From positions 558,001 through 622,000 of the forward strand of contig JBPQGU010000016.1 of NCBI GenBank assembly GCA_051362555.1: 64,000 bases of DNA, given 5' to 3'. Numbering within the stretch: the first letter of the stretch is position 1; the number at the start of each line of letters is the position of its first letter. The position numbers and the translations under genes are program-made. Positions 51,677-63,294 of the stretch are shown here, in pieces. The notes below the pieces were generated by a model that worked only from the letters and a program-made list of their open reading frames with translations, was not told where the DNA came from and made no database searches. Source of the stretch: Lingula anatina. Taxonomy: Eukaryota > Animalia > Brachiopoda.

Positions 51677-51884
51677 TTTCAAGTACCGGTCAGATGAAGA
51701 GGACGCATCCAGTATTGCCAGCAGTTCGGGACCAAGTGGTATCCAGAGTGGAAGCAGTCCCAAACGGTCAGGGCAACTGGACATTGCACCGCCCGAGCCA
51801 GTGGACCTGGAGCCGCTGAGGCAGGACATCCAGGAAATGAGAGAGACCCAAGACAGGCTGCATGAGATGCTGGAGTCTTTGAAG
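51677..51884 (+). CDS. TMCC: TMCC-family exon (FKYRSDEEDASS...EMRETQDRLHEMLESLK)
   Basis: KY.S.E..SS motif and start of the second coiled coil. Phase 2-0. Confidence 0.92.
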
Positions 51885-52381
51885 GTGGGTGCTGTCTTGT
51901 ATTGGTTAAAAACGCCACCTATTTATGAGGTCATTGTGACCTACTGTCTCCTGTTGCATTAAGTGCCACCTACTGGTGGGTCATATTGGATAAAATGCCA
52001 CTTAGAGAAGAGATCATTGTGACCTTGTTAAAATTGGGATTTCTTTCATGAAACTCCTATGGCTATTAACTTAGTACCTGTATGATGCTTCCTAATATTT
52101 TAATCACCAGTGTGAATACCATTTTGAACAACTCAAGGGAATTAAGTAACTTCTTATTCAACCTAAAGAACATTAATATCACATAACTTGAGATATCCAA
52201 ACAGCCTATTGGAGAAGAAAAGTAAAGTTGTAAAATTTCAAGAATTAAAAAAAAAAATTGGATGGGTACATAATATGTTTTACAAGGCAGATTATACTTC
52301 TTAGACTAGTTATAATATGTTCAACAATAAAAGAGAGTGACTGAATCAGGAATCAAGCTCAGAGTGATTTTGATATTCCAG

Positions 52382-52516
52382 GACACAATGCAGAGTGAGA
52401 GGTACGAGTTGATGAAAAGTTTATCAGAAGAGAACAAATATCGCCAAGACCGACTGGAAGAGGCCATTAATGACCTGTCGGAGCTTCACCAGCATGAAAT
52501 AACGAATTTAAAACAG
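52382..52516 (+). CDS. TMCC: TMCC-family exon (DTMQSERYE...RLEEAINDLSELHQHEITNLKQ)
   Basis: Conserved RLEE..NDL.ELHQ.EI.NLKQ. Phase 0-0. Confidence 0.95.
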
Positions 52517-52983
52517 GTAACATTCACTCCACTCAGATGGATTCCTAAGCGCACACTGCCTTAAATTTTTTGAACTGATATAAATGTGTATTTAAAATTT
52601 TAAAGACATTTTTTTTCCACAGGTATTGATATTTTAAATATTATTTGGTTTAAACAGAAAGGCATGTTTGCCCTGACTCAATTAATGTCAGTGCCACTGT
52701 TAAATAGTGTAAGTGCACATGTTAAAATCTTCAATATTCTTAAATAAAAAAGTACCATAACATGTAATGTTCCCATTATTAAGGCTCACCATTAGCAAAA
52801 TGAAAGGTTTGCAGCAACAAGTTTGCTGGAGTTTGCAAAAAAAAATATTGCCGCTAATTTGCAGCAATATTTCAGCAAACTAGCAGCAGGCCTGATATTT
52901 GGCCAAGGGCAGTGCTTTCTTTTATTTCCATAACTGTCGGGGTCAGTGTTCAGTATCTTCAAATAAAAGCGTTGTATTTGTAG

Positions 52984-53073
52984 GAAATTTCCAGTATGGA
53001 GGAAAAAATGGAGTACCAGTTAGAGGAGAGAACCAGAGACATGCAGGAAATGCTGGAGAGTTGTCAGACAAGG
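52984..53073 (+). CDS. TMCC: TMCC-family exon (EISSMEEKMEYQLEERTRDMQEMLESCQTR)
   Basis: Conserved SMEEK..YQ..ER.RD.QE.LE.CQTR. Phase 0-0. Confidence 0.95.
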
Positions 53074-53088
53074 GTAAGATCAGGAAAC

Positions 53089-53282
53089 AATTGTGTTAGG
53101 AGAGATATAGAATTGTGTTAGGAGGGATTGTGCTGGAGGAGACGTGGTGGAACAATTGCAGTTGTGTTAGGAGAGGTATTGAATTGTGTTAGGTGGGATT
53201 GTGCTGGAGGAGACATGGTGGAACAATTGCAGTTGTGTTAGGAGAGGTATTGAATTGTGTTAGGTGGGATTGTGCTGGAGAA
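53089..53282. repeat. 71-bp tandem repeat, about 2.7 copies
   Basis: AATTGTGTTAGG.GGGATTGTGCTGGAG recurs at 53111, 53182 and 53253. Confidence 0.9.
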
Positions 53283-53629
53283 GACAGATTGGAATTGTTT
53301 ATATGTGACATTCTATTGTTAATTAGACATGACATGATATAATCAGTAATTTTGAATACTGTCATATTAACAACACTGAATAAGGTTCTTCAAACAAAAA
53401 AGGGTTAAATTCAATTAATGAATCAGTTCAGAAGATTGCACATAATTATCTTACTTTTTATCAGGCAAGAGACTGTTCATACTGAAATACATTCCTTTTA
53501 TATCCCAGTGCCTTTTAAGCCCAGTTTACCAATTTAGAACTTCATTATTCAAAAGATGACCTCTTGCCTGTTGATTCAAATATGCAATTAAGAATTCAGC
53601 ATGTGATTTATTTTCTCTCATTATATCAG

Positions 53630-53728
53630 ATGGCCAGGTTGGAGTTAAAACAAGTTTCCATTATTGAAGATAATGTTAGTATAACAATCAGAAGTGATTG
53701 GCGTTACTTTTTACATTGCTTTGAGTGA
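53630..53728 (+). CDS. TMCC: Candidate alternative terminal exon of TMCC (MARLELKQVSIIEDNVSITIRSDWRYFLHCFE*)
   Basis: ttttctctcattatatcag| acceptor, phase 0. The start resembles the next exon (ISKMELQQ). Confidence 0.45.
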   Translation: MARLELKQVSIIEDNVSITIRSDWRYFLHCFE

Positions 53729-54574
53729 GATGGAGGGGGGGGGGGGGCAGAAAGGCATGTTTGGGAGGGAGGTTGATGACAGTTTTCTTGTATTGTGTAT
53801 CAGGGCGAAGATTTTGATGTTGGCGGGTTGGGGGTAGGGGGATAGAGGGTGCTGGATTTACTCTGATATTTCATGTCATTTGATATCTAACACTTTTTTA
53901 AATCATTTCAAAAATTAAATCAGGAGATTGGAACTTTACCATTCTACTACTTTTTATCATTTGTTGATTGAGTTTAGAAGTTTGGTTTGTATTTATGTTG
54001 TTAAAATAAAACAATAGTGGCTGAAAACGTAATGCTGCAAACATAATTGGTTTAAATTTTTGTTGGATTGATGTTGTTTTAAATAACTAACCCTAGTGAA
54101 TGACACCATAAAATTCTGCAAATGTATGTTTCTTATTCCAGAAACCCAACTTTGTTTGTGTGATGCCAGAAATTATTAATGAAAAATCCCTTAATATGTT
54201 TCCAAGGTTTTTATGTTGAATATTTTATGACAAATCACCCAAAACTGTCTCTTGCCTGAATATAAAGTTGATTCCAACCCTAAGCCAGATGTTGTTTCTA
54301 TTATTAAAGAAAAAATAAAAAAACTTCCAGCGATGCCTTAGAGATACTACTGTACTTAGGTGACTAAAAACAAAAACAAGTTATAATATTTCAAGGAATT
54401 GAAAAAACTGAAACCCACAGCTAATAAGGTTTCAAGCTTTCTTTCTGAGAACTTTTTGCCATTACCTAGAGCTTTGATGATTTGAAATGCAATATGATAT
54501 TTAAATCTGAAGTAACTTAATTTTTTGAGTTCGAACTGTTGGTTTTTTGAAATCAATCCAAGTTTTAATTGTTA

Positions 54575-54758
54575 GACCATATTCACAACCAAAGTTGATC
54601 CGCAGACTAACAGATCGAAAGATTGAAAGCTTGCAGCATAGTCGCAACAGGGGATCTATTCAGTGTATATTAGGGGTTTATGCTGCAAGCTTTCAAGTGG
54701 GTCAGCCTTATTTGATCTGGGTATCTGTAAGTAGGGTTAATTTGTTCTGAATGCCCCC
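54575..54758. mobile_element. Family-B MITE
   Basis: ATTCACAACCAAAGTTGATCCGCAGACTAACAGATC...AAGCTTTCAAGTGGGTC...GTTCTGAATGCCCCC. Confidence 0.75.
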
Positions 54759-54810
54759 TAACAGTGGTTTTGAGATTATATTATTGTAGCTCTGAGGTTA
54801 TTCTCTGTAG

Positions 54811-54989
54811 ATATCAAAGATGGAGCTGCAGCAGCAACAGCAACAGTTGATCTCCATGGAGGGGGTGGAGAATGCCAACGCCAGGGCACTCATCACAAAA
54901 CTCATCAATGTTGTTCTGGCAGTTTTAGCTGTGATTCTAGTCCTGGTGTCCACTATTGCCAACTTACTCATGCCATTCTTGACCACAAA
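54811..54989 (+). CDS. TMCC: TMCC-family exon with first TM helix ([59 protein letters not shown])
   Basis: Conserved [24 protein letters not shown] motif and hydrophobic helix. Phase 0-2. Confidence 0.96.
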
Positions 54990-55177
54990 GTAAGTACTCA
55001 TCACCAACTTACTCATGCCATTCTTGACCACAAAGTAAGTACTCATTACCAACTTACTCATGCCATTCTTGACCACAAAGTAAGTACTCATTACCAACTT
55101 ACTCATGCCATTCTTGACCACAAAGTAAGTACTCATTACCAACTTACTCATGCCATTCTTGACCACAAAGTAAGTAC
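54959..55177. repeat. 45-bp tandem repeat (about 4.9 copies) spanning an exon-intron junction
   Basis: Unit CCAACTTACTCATGCCATTCTTGACCACAAAGTAAGTACTCAT(C/T)A at 54959, 55004, 55049, 55094 and 55139. Confidence 0.97.
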
Positions 55178-55244
55178 AGTCATTCTTTTTATGCTTTAAT
55201 TAAAAATACCATGTCTACTTATTTCACTATATTTTCTATTTCAG

Positions 55245-55371
55245 GGTACGTCTACTGAGCACAGTAGTGATGATAGCTCTGGGTATCTTACTCTATTATA
55301 ACTGGCCTCTTATAGTGACTGCATGGACACATACCACAGGATATTTTACCCATATACTGTCTGGCAAATAG
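55245..55371 (+). CDS. TMCC: TMCC-family last coding exon with second TM helix (VRLLSTVVMIALGILLYYNWP...LSGK*)
   Basis: ttcag| acceptor, phase 2, hydrophobic helix, TAG at 55369-55371. Confidence 0.92.
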
Positions 55372-58300
55372 GTGTTTATTGTCTGTGTTAGGTTGTGAGG
55401 ATACATAAGGCATTGAGGAGGATCCAGATTGGTTGATTGAAGACTCATATAAGATTTGGTTGAGGATCCACCATGGGATTTTGGTTGAGAATTCAGCGGG
55501 ATTTCCATTTGAGGAACCAATATCTGACTTCATTTTTACATTGAAAAGCATTCAGATTGAATTGGGATGCACTGATATTTTGTTTGAGATGCCAGTGTGG
55601 GGTTTGGGTTGAGTACTCAGCATGGGAATTCGATTGAGGACTCTCTTGTTTCTTAAAGAAGAGCCAGCTTTGGCATTTCAGTTCAGGACCCTCCAGGATT
55701 TAGCTTGAGGAGCCAGCATGGGATTGCAGTTGTGGATTGAGGGAGATATCAGTTGAGAAACTGTTTTTTCACCACAAGAACCAGATGGAATTTGATTTGG
55801 AAGCAATGGGATCTCAAACAAAAAACCAATAGGATTTCAATCACTGTAAAGAATAACTTCCAACTTCATTATCACTCTTAATTTCCTTTTATTTATTTAA
55901 CAGAAACTGGAAGATTCTGTAATCCATTTTCTTTTAAACTGAAGAATTTTTTTTCATATCATATCTAATTTTTTTTGCTGATATGAAAATGGCTTTCAGG
56001 TCAAACTCTGAACTTCAGAACACATGTTGAGTTGGTGAAAGGTATCCAGGAGATACGTGGCAGTGAGGTGTACAGAGATTTGTATTTGTTGGTAGCACTG
56101 AGAGTTTGTTTTACCTGGATGGGGTGAGGTACAGGTGTGTATATTGAAGGTGTATGTATTTATTTAAAACCGCATTCATTGAAAAAAAGGAGCTACAGTC
56201 GTGAAGAGACTTCTTGTTTATGTCAGAAGCAAGCATGATTTAAAAATGGTGTGGTACAAGATGTGTGGAAAATAAGCAGTCCGTAGAGAGCTCGGGGTGG
56301 TTTAAGACTTCATCCATTGAAAAAATTGATGAACAATGTATTTGTTTGCCAGACATCTTTTTAAAATTATAGTATAATTTATATTTCAAATTTTTAGTCA
56401 CTTTGACTAATGGGGAAATATATGTAGTTATGTATTTATAATTTTGTTTTGGAATTTTTTAAAATCAGATCCAGTTAGTGGCATATTAGTATAAAGTTAC
56501 CGGAGACAATCACAAAATTTTGCAAATCTTTATGTTACTAGAAAAAAATATGGGAATTATTTCATCAAATATGACTTTAAAATAGAAATTGAGTATGACA
56601 AAATTTTGGTTTTGGTATATTGTGCAAAAAAAATGCAGGTTTTATGAAACGGACAAAGAAATTGAAAATCATTGTTAATTTGTTTACAGAATGGTGCAAA
56701 ATGTACCATGTATTGAAGTAGAACAATTCCACCTTGGGGGTACTTTAAAAAAACAGGATGAAAGATGAAAAGATAATTCTGTTGATGAGTGCAACTGTCT
56801 CAGTCAATATATTAAACCCATGCTCAATCAGAAAGAATTGCTCAATGCAATCACACCACCTAATGCAATAGGAACTGCTTGGCTTACTCAACACAATCAC
56901 ACCCAACACAATAACACCCAATCAATCAGATTTGCTGTCCAGCATACCTTATTCAAAAACTGTGAACAAAATCGGAGGTTATTTTACCCCATGTTGTCAC
57001 ACCCAACACTATGATAACTATCTACCCAAGGAAATCCAGTCTAACACAATTGGAGCTGTTTCTTAGCTCATCTTACAATGGCATGTAACACTTTTAGAAC
57101 TGTTAATCCACCACAAGCAATATTATCACATGGGTGCATTTTATCCTGAAGAAAGGGTGTATATTTTGCCCTTGAACAAAAAAAGGTGTCCAAAATTGTA
57201 TATGTTGAACTAAATCAGAAAGACTATATAGTCATTGGTAAAATTTTGGCACTGTCAAGTGAAATGTGATATGGGGAAAGGATACGTTCTCTTCATTTTT
57301 GTAACAGTACCACTAGAAGAAAGTGCAATTTGCTTCATAATTAGATCTTGTCCCTTCAGAAAATGTCTGTTTGCATAGGTGTAGCAAAGTAAAATGTACC
57401 GCATATAGAATACTGAAAGTGAATGCAAATACTTGTTCAGTGTGACAATAGCCAAGCATTATGGCTCAGCAGTGTACTTTTGCAGTCATTTTGTGTCTCT
57501 AACTCACCACTCTTGCAGATTAGTTAAATACATGGATATTTTAGTAGAAAACTTCTATCAGAATGATGTACTTAATATGTAAGAAAACAAGATGTTTTAT
57601 ATTGTTCCCTGATTAGATACTACTGCCCCCTAGTGGCTTTAGTGAAACCTTTTTTTTTTTTCACACTTCCTAAGAATGTACTCTTAACTTTTTCTTGTTT
57701 CCTAGAGAAAAGTGGATAAGTTGATTTGATTTCAGGTTCAGGAATCTGATTGGCTAATTTTTTTCTCACTGGTTTTCAAGTGAACTTTGTTAATGATGTT
57801 AATAACAGACACCAAAGGGCAATAGTCTCTAGGAAGATATTGTTTCAAGATATCTGATATTGTAGCATAATTAAGAGGGGAGAGGGGGGGGGGGGGGGTT
57901 AAAAAAAACTGGACCAATGGCTCATGGTCAAACATAGTAGTGAGTTTTGTTTCCTGTCCATAATTCCTGTAATGTTCAAAAATGTTTGTAAGTACATGTG
58001 CACACAATAATTGTCTTGCCTTTTAGTCTTCTAGTGAAGAACTGAAGAATGTATTGTTATTCTTGAAGCAGCACATTTGCAGTAGCTAATGACTATGCTT
58101 TGGCAGCTGTAGCTTTCAGTGCTCAGACAGGTGTGGTATGGTTCACAATAGTTGTGCCCACTGCTGCGTCAACGTCATTGTGTTAGGTGAGAATGGTGGT
58201 GTAGACTTAATGATTATTTTGGTTAGTTGTGCTAAACTATTGTGCTGGGTTGTGACGAAATTGTCACTTGGACGCACCCCCCCCCCCCCCTCCCCTTGAC

Positions 58301-58648
58301 GGCCACTAAAACAAAGGTGTAAACATTGTTATAATGATAAGAAGGACAAAAAACACTATCTGACAATGGAAACCCCGACTTCCGTGGTATTAGCAAGTAC
58401 AGTTTGCTGTATGTCATGCACCGTTACAAGAATAACTAATTTTAAGTTTGTAATGCTGCCGAGAGCAGTTGAAAGTTCAGTTGATTTTAGCGCCAGTGGT
58501 AATTTACCATGTATGTGATAGGTTGGGAATGTAAAACTAGGCCAATGTGATTATTGATTTTATTTGTTTTTTAAAGAAGACAGAATAATGTCTGATATTA
58601 TACAGTTTTACGTGGACAACTCAATAGAAATATTGAATGCCAAGTTGA

Positions 58649-58654
58649 AATAAA
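58649..58654 (+). promoter_or_regulatory. Candidate polyadenylation signal of TMCC
   Basis: AATAAA followed by T/GT-rich sequence, implying a 3' UTR of about 3.3 kb. Confidence 0.5.
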
Positions 58655-59180
58655 GATTGGAAATGTTCAACTTTGTTTGATACAGTTTCTCTCTCTCTCT
58701 CTCATGCAGTCAGTAATTCAATCTTTATTTGACTGAAGATTTTAATCTTTTAAAACTTTCTAAAGTCACTTTATCATAATCATAATAATGAATAACATTA
58801 TTTATTCCTATGTAGCGTATTCCATTAAAATCTAAACGGACCTTACAAATTTAAAGCTATAATTACGTATAACTTATACTTTAAGCGTAAAGTAATGTAT
58901 ATAAAAGAGTTAATAATTATAACTAAGATTGTTTCAAAACAATGCAAAACTGTATTAACTAACACATATGTAAAACGATTTTTTGAAAATAAGTCTTCAA
59001 TAAAAGCTTCCTTTAAACGACAAAGTTAGTGGTGATTCATGGAACACAGCGACACAACAAGTAGATTCAATTATATATGGACTGTAATCTTGTGCTTTAC
59101 GTTCGCAGTCTCCATCTGTTCCTGGTGTTTCCACGCCTCTAAAATAGATAAATCCTTGTTTTACTACAAACCAGACTCGA

Positions 59181-59261
59181 TCATCTGCGTGCGAACTCGC
59201 ATGCGTCTTTCTGCGTACATCTCAGCATAAATAGAAATGGAGCATATGTCCACTCTGGCCG
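59181..59261 (-). CDS. Candidate last coding exon of the EGF-repeat gene (RPEWTYAPFLFMLRCTQKDACEFARR*)
   Basis: ttctactag| acceptor. Phase 0 matches the preceding exon, but the frame choice is not otherwise confirmed. Confidence 0.45.
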   Translation of the reverse strand, partial: RPEWTYAPFLFMLRCTQKDACEFARR

Positions 59262-59330
59262 CTAGTAGAATGTTGCAAAATTATTGCATTACCTATACTT
59301 TAATTTTGTATACTTTTTTAAGGCCCCAGC

Positions 59331-59480
59331 CTGACCCGTAGCCAGGGGGGGTCAGGGGGTTCGAAAGAACCCCCTTTTTTTGCCGAAAAAAATGTATCTA
59401 GCTACACGAAGGTTTCGTGGTAAAAGGTCCACGGTTTTCAGGAAAAGGAACCCCTTTTGAAATTGCTGGCTACGGGCCTG
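59331..59480. mobile_element. Second copy of the CAGGCCCGTAGCCAG-TIR MITE
   Basis: CCCGTAGCCAGGGGGGG...TTCGAAAGAACC...GAAATTGCTGGCTACGGGCCTG as at 38265. Confidence 0.85.
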
Positions 59481-59535
59481 CCCCTGATATCAGAGGGTAT
59501 ACCTGATATGTGTGTCAGCTCGCCCCCGAATGTCA

Positions 59536-59780
59536 GGGACCATTCCCACAGATATTTGGATTGATCTATCTCCCTGGGAGTCTCACTAAATTGCTATCAA
59601 CTTAATGGGCTTAAATGTCTGTCACGCCTAGTAAAGCTGTTAGGGGGTAATTATATTTACCCTAGCTGATTCGGTAGGCGTGACAGACATTTAAGCCGGT
59701 CAAGTTGATAGCAATTTAGTGAGACTCCCCAGGGAGTTAGACCGATCCAGATGGATCGATCTAGGCATGGGAATCCAGCC
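59536..59780. mobile_element. Palindromic (foldback) variant of family-A MITE
   Basis: GGGAGTCTCACTAAATTGCTATCAACTT..GGCTTAAATGTCTGTCACGCCTA is mirrored on the right arm. Confidence 0.8.
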
Positions 59781-59905
59781 TCGGAGTCTGAAAACCTTAC
59801 TTCTACAGACACGCTGACAATACTGTTACAGGTGAATTTTCAGGAATATCTGGAACTCTGGGTGTTAGGCCTACCATATAGGCATCGTTGAAATAAAAGT
59901 CATAC

Positions 59906-60060
59906 CTCGTTCGGTAAAATGGGCACACAAAGACCCCGCCATTTCTTCCCTGTCCCGACCTCATACCCAGGTGGACACTCACAGGAGTAGCCGCCATCTT
60001 GGTTTGCCACGCAGTCAAAGATCAAAGGGCACGGGTTGCTCACACAGGGATCAATGCCTT
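59906..60060 (-). CDS. EGF-domain exon (GIDPCVSNPCPLIFDCVANQDGGYSCECPPGYEV...CVPILPNE)
   Basis: Six-Cys EGF spacing, ctgcag| and |gtatga, phase 1-0. Confidence 0.9.
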
Positions 60061-60406
60061 CTGCAGAGCAAACCAAAGAACACATGTAATTTATTTGACT
60101 ACTTGAAATAACTTGAAATGTAGATATATTCGCATACATTTCAGGCCTTATAAACGAAAATTGCGGTTTGTGATCACGAACCTCAAATTTGTGAGCACGA
60201 ATCGCCAAATAAACGCTTCGAACCGAGAATACATGGCATGAACTTAAAATTGGAGGCTACGTATATGTATTTCAGGCCTAATACATGCAACTCATGATTG
60301 GCATTGTCAAGCATGGCATATCTTCGAATTCGAGCAATTGTTAATTTGTATTTTTACAATATATATTTCCACATTAAAGACAGTAAGATTAATGAACTCA
60401 ACTCAC

Positions 60407-60532
60407 GTGCGCACCACGTGAATCCGTCTCCATAATACCCATGGCGACATCTACAGGTGAAAGAGCCCAGAGTGTTTTGGCAAAAAGCCAAGGGATGGCA
60501 CGTCGTCTGGTTGAGTCTGCATTCATCCATAT
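60407..60532 (-). CDS. cbEGF exon ([42 protein letters not shown])
   Basis: Calcium-binding EGF consensus, canonical splice sites, 126 nt, phase 1-1. Confidence 0.93.
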
Positions 60533-60847
60533 CTGGAATAAAATAATGAAATATGTCAGTTTCCTTATTTCTATTGTTAATTTATTTCCTTTCTCTCTTT
60601 TTTCTTTTTAATTTTCATTTAATACTTATTTTTTAATATTTTAGTATTATTTTTTTCTTTTTATTTTTGTTTGGGGGGGGGGGGAGGTGCAATTTCTGGT
60701 TTATATCCCAAAACTGAAAAGCATACGTTTTGCAATTGGACGACGGCGCGAATACATGTGTTTTTCATACCAATTGTTATCTTCACATTCCTCTACATTT
60801 AAATAATGTAAAAGTAAAATGTGGGAGAGGGTGTGTCAAGTGCCTAC

Positions 60848-60970
60848 CTGTACAATTCCATCCATCTCCAGTGAAACCGTCTCTACAGCGACAGTAATAT
60901 GAACCCCACGTGTTGACGCATTCACCAAATACTGAACAAGGAAACGGCTGAGTGTGGCATTCATTGGCAT
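60848..60970 (-). CDS. cbEGF exon (DANECHTQPFPCSVFGECVNTWGSYYCRCRDGFTGDGWNCT)
   Basis: cbEGF consensus, 123 nt, phase 1-1. Confidence 0.93.
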
Positions 60971-61034
60971 CTGTATTGAGAGAAAACTGCCAATTAAAAT
61001 GTTCATGTGTGTGTTCTTTAATTACACTGAATTA

Positions 61035-61083
<49 letters not shown>

Positions 61084-61422
61084 ACTTTATAAGCATGCCT
61101 TTGTAAACTGCTTAAGCATTGATGATAATGGAGCGGATCGAGTTCCCCAAAATTCCGAAACTCGGGTTTAGATTAAAAAAAAAAATATATTGTATGTATA
61201 TTTTATATTTAGAAAAGCACAAAAAGAAAAAAACTTCATTTCTTCCCTAAAACAATTTTCATGTGACCGCTGTTGCGATGTGTTAAAATCGTAAAAAATG
61301 TTTTGTGTTGGCACTTTGCCATAGCAAAGCAACTGATTCATTATATATTCTGTCAAACATTAATTATATAATATTTTTTGCTGAAATGCCTTAAAACCGT
61401 CATACACTTTAAAAATACACAC

Positions 61423-61548
61423 CTATGCAAAAGTCCTCAAAGTCTCCCTCTCCGAAGTGGTAACCAGGAGCGCATGCGCACTGAGCAACACCGGTGGACG
61501 CCATAAAACATATCTGATTGAAACGGCACGAAATATCCTTGCAGCCAT
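61423..61548 (-). CDS. EGF-like exon (DGCKDISCRFNQICFMASTGVAQCACAPGYHFGEGDFEDFCI)
   Basis: Six Cys, lacks the Ca-binding consensus, 126 nt, phase 1-1. Confidence 0.88.
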   Translation of the reverse strand: MAARIFRAVSIRYVLWRPPVLLSAHALLVTTSERETLRTFA

Positions 61549-61861
61549 CTGAAATAATAAATATAAAAATGTATGACTTCTCCATGATTATATATTTATG
61601 TATCTTGTAGCTATTTATTACATAATGTACACGATTTCTTCAATTATCGATTTTTTTTTACTCTGTAAACGGGGAGGTCATTAAGTCAACTGTTGGCGAT
61701 TTTGACTTTTTCTTGCTAATAAAGATAATTTTTATAATAAAATCCCACCTATATATTGACAAGTGTACATACGTATTAAACATGTGATTCATTTCAGAAG
61801 TAGGCCCTATAAAAGAATAATAGAATGGAGTCTCACAAATTATGCCTTGAATGGTACTTAC

Positions 61862-61984
61862 CCGCACAAACTGTACCGTTTCCCTGGAACGGTTCTCTAC
61901 AGGTACAGGTGTAGCTGCCCTCGGTGTTCAGGCAGGCGGCGTTGACGTCACAATTTGCGGTGCCAGCATTGCACTCATTGATGT
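61862..61984 (-). CDS. cbEGF exon (DINECNAGTANCDVNAACLNTEGSYTCTCREPFQGNGTVCA)
   Basis: cbEGF consensus, 123 nt, phase 1-1. Confidence 0.93.
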
Positions 61985-62268
61985 CTTCCAACAAGAAATA
62001 ATCAATTTTATTGTAAATTTTCTTCTGTTGCTTAAATTTGTGTAGAAAGCACATTTCAAGAGAATATGACATTGGGTATGAAAGGCAAATCATTTATCTC
62101 ACCACCCCCACCCCCCTAAAAAAATGTTCATTTAGCATCAATTGTCTTTAGTTAAATGGTCCTACATAATTTCTGTAGAGTTTATCCCGACCCAAAAGTT
62201 TTTGCTGAAACTTTTTGACTATACTGTCTATGAAACCATCTATATCTGTCTTTCACTAAACGACACAC

Positions 62269-62391
62269 CTGTGCAGTTGATCCCGTCACCAGCATAATAT
62301 GGTTCACAGCTACATTTGAACGAGCCTCGAGTATTAGTACATGTAGAATGTGTCCCACAGTTGTGCATTCTGCTAGCACATTCATCTATGT
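62269..62391 (-). CDS. cbEGF exon (DIDECASRMHNCGTHSTCTNTRGSFKCSCEPYYAGDGINCT)
   Basis: cbEGF consensus, 123 nt, phase 1-1. Confidence 0.93.
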
Positions 62392-62741
62392 CTTTCATAA
62401 ACACAAGATAGAAAAACACTGCGGTTAAAAGCAACATCGGTAAAATATCGTGGTTTGTTAATTAACATACATTACTAAATGAGATACTAAACCAGAAATT
62501 GTCTCTTTCTGCTAACCTTTTAGTCCCTTCAATGTAGAGTGGTATTACTGTTAAATCTGCTTTTCATCAAACTGTACAGATGAGATAGAAATGTAGAAGA
62601 GAGAGAGAGAAAGAGAGATGAAATATAATCGGCTGAATATAATATCTGCCGCCTTTTTGTCAGATAAGCATGAAACGTATTTTAAAAGAGAGTCATTATT
62701 CAACGAGTTTTGCAAAAATATAAGAAATTCATTTCATATAC

Positions 62742-62864
62742 CTTCGCACACTATCCCATTTCCTCTAAAACCCGTGCTGCACGAACAGTTGAACCCGCCG
62801 TAAAAGTCGGTGCACGTGGCGTCTTTTGAACAGTTATGAGAACCATCGGTACATTCGTTGACTT
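62742..62864 (-). CDS. cbEGF exon (EVNECTDGSHNCSKDATCTDFYGGFNCSCSTGFRGNGIVCE)
   Basis: cbEGF consensus, 123 nt, phase 1-1. Confidence 0.92.
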
Positions 62865-63171
62865 CTTCATTGACATGCGACAAATAAAAACATTTAATTT
62901 GAACGCAAATCACATCAGGATGTATCACAATGAGTATACTTTATAAAATACAACACAATATCAAAATAAGGTGTTTTTTATCATACTCTTTTAGTCATAC
63001 CTGTATATTTGCATAATAGTCGTTCATGACCGTGCATGTAAATTTATATAATGCACTAAACATTACAACAACTAAATGAGAAGTTGAAGTAAAGATCTAC
63101 AAATATGTAAATGTCATAACATGAAAGCCAGATTCTATTGAAACACTCAATTTTTCAAGATAATTAAAAAC

Positions 63172-63294
63172 CTCTACAAAAGCGTCCGTTCCCTGTGAAG
63201 CCTTCCCGACATACACAACGATAACTTCCGGCGGTGTTTTGGCACACTGCCAAGTCGTGGCACCTTGGATTCCCCGTCATGCATTCGTTTATAT
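63172..63294 (-). CDS. cbEGF exon (DINECMTGNPRCHDLAVCQNTAGSYRCVCREGFTGNGRFCR)
   Basis: cbEGF consensus, 123 nt, phase 1-1. Confidence 0.93.

Noticed and set aside
54798-55166. 122-aa minus-strand ORF with repeats and poly-Cys
   Set aside because: Antisense shadow of the TMCC TM1 exon plus the 45-bp tandem repeat.
59801-59822. Possible 22-nt micro-exon (YCQRVCR) of the EGF gene
   Set aside because: AG/GT sites exist, but inclusion would change the frame of the last exon and nothing else supports it. Left unresolved.
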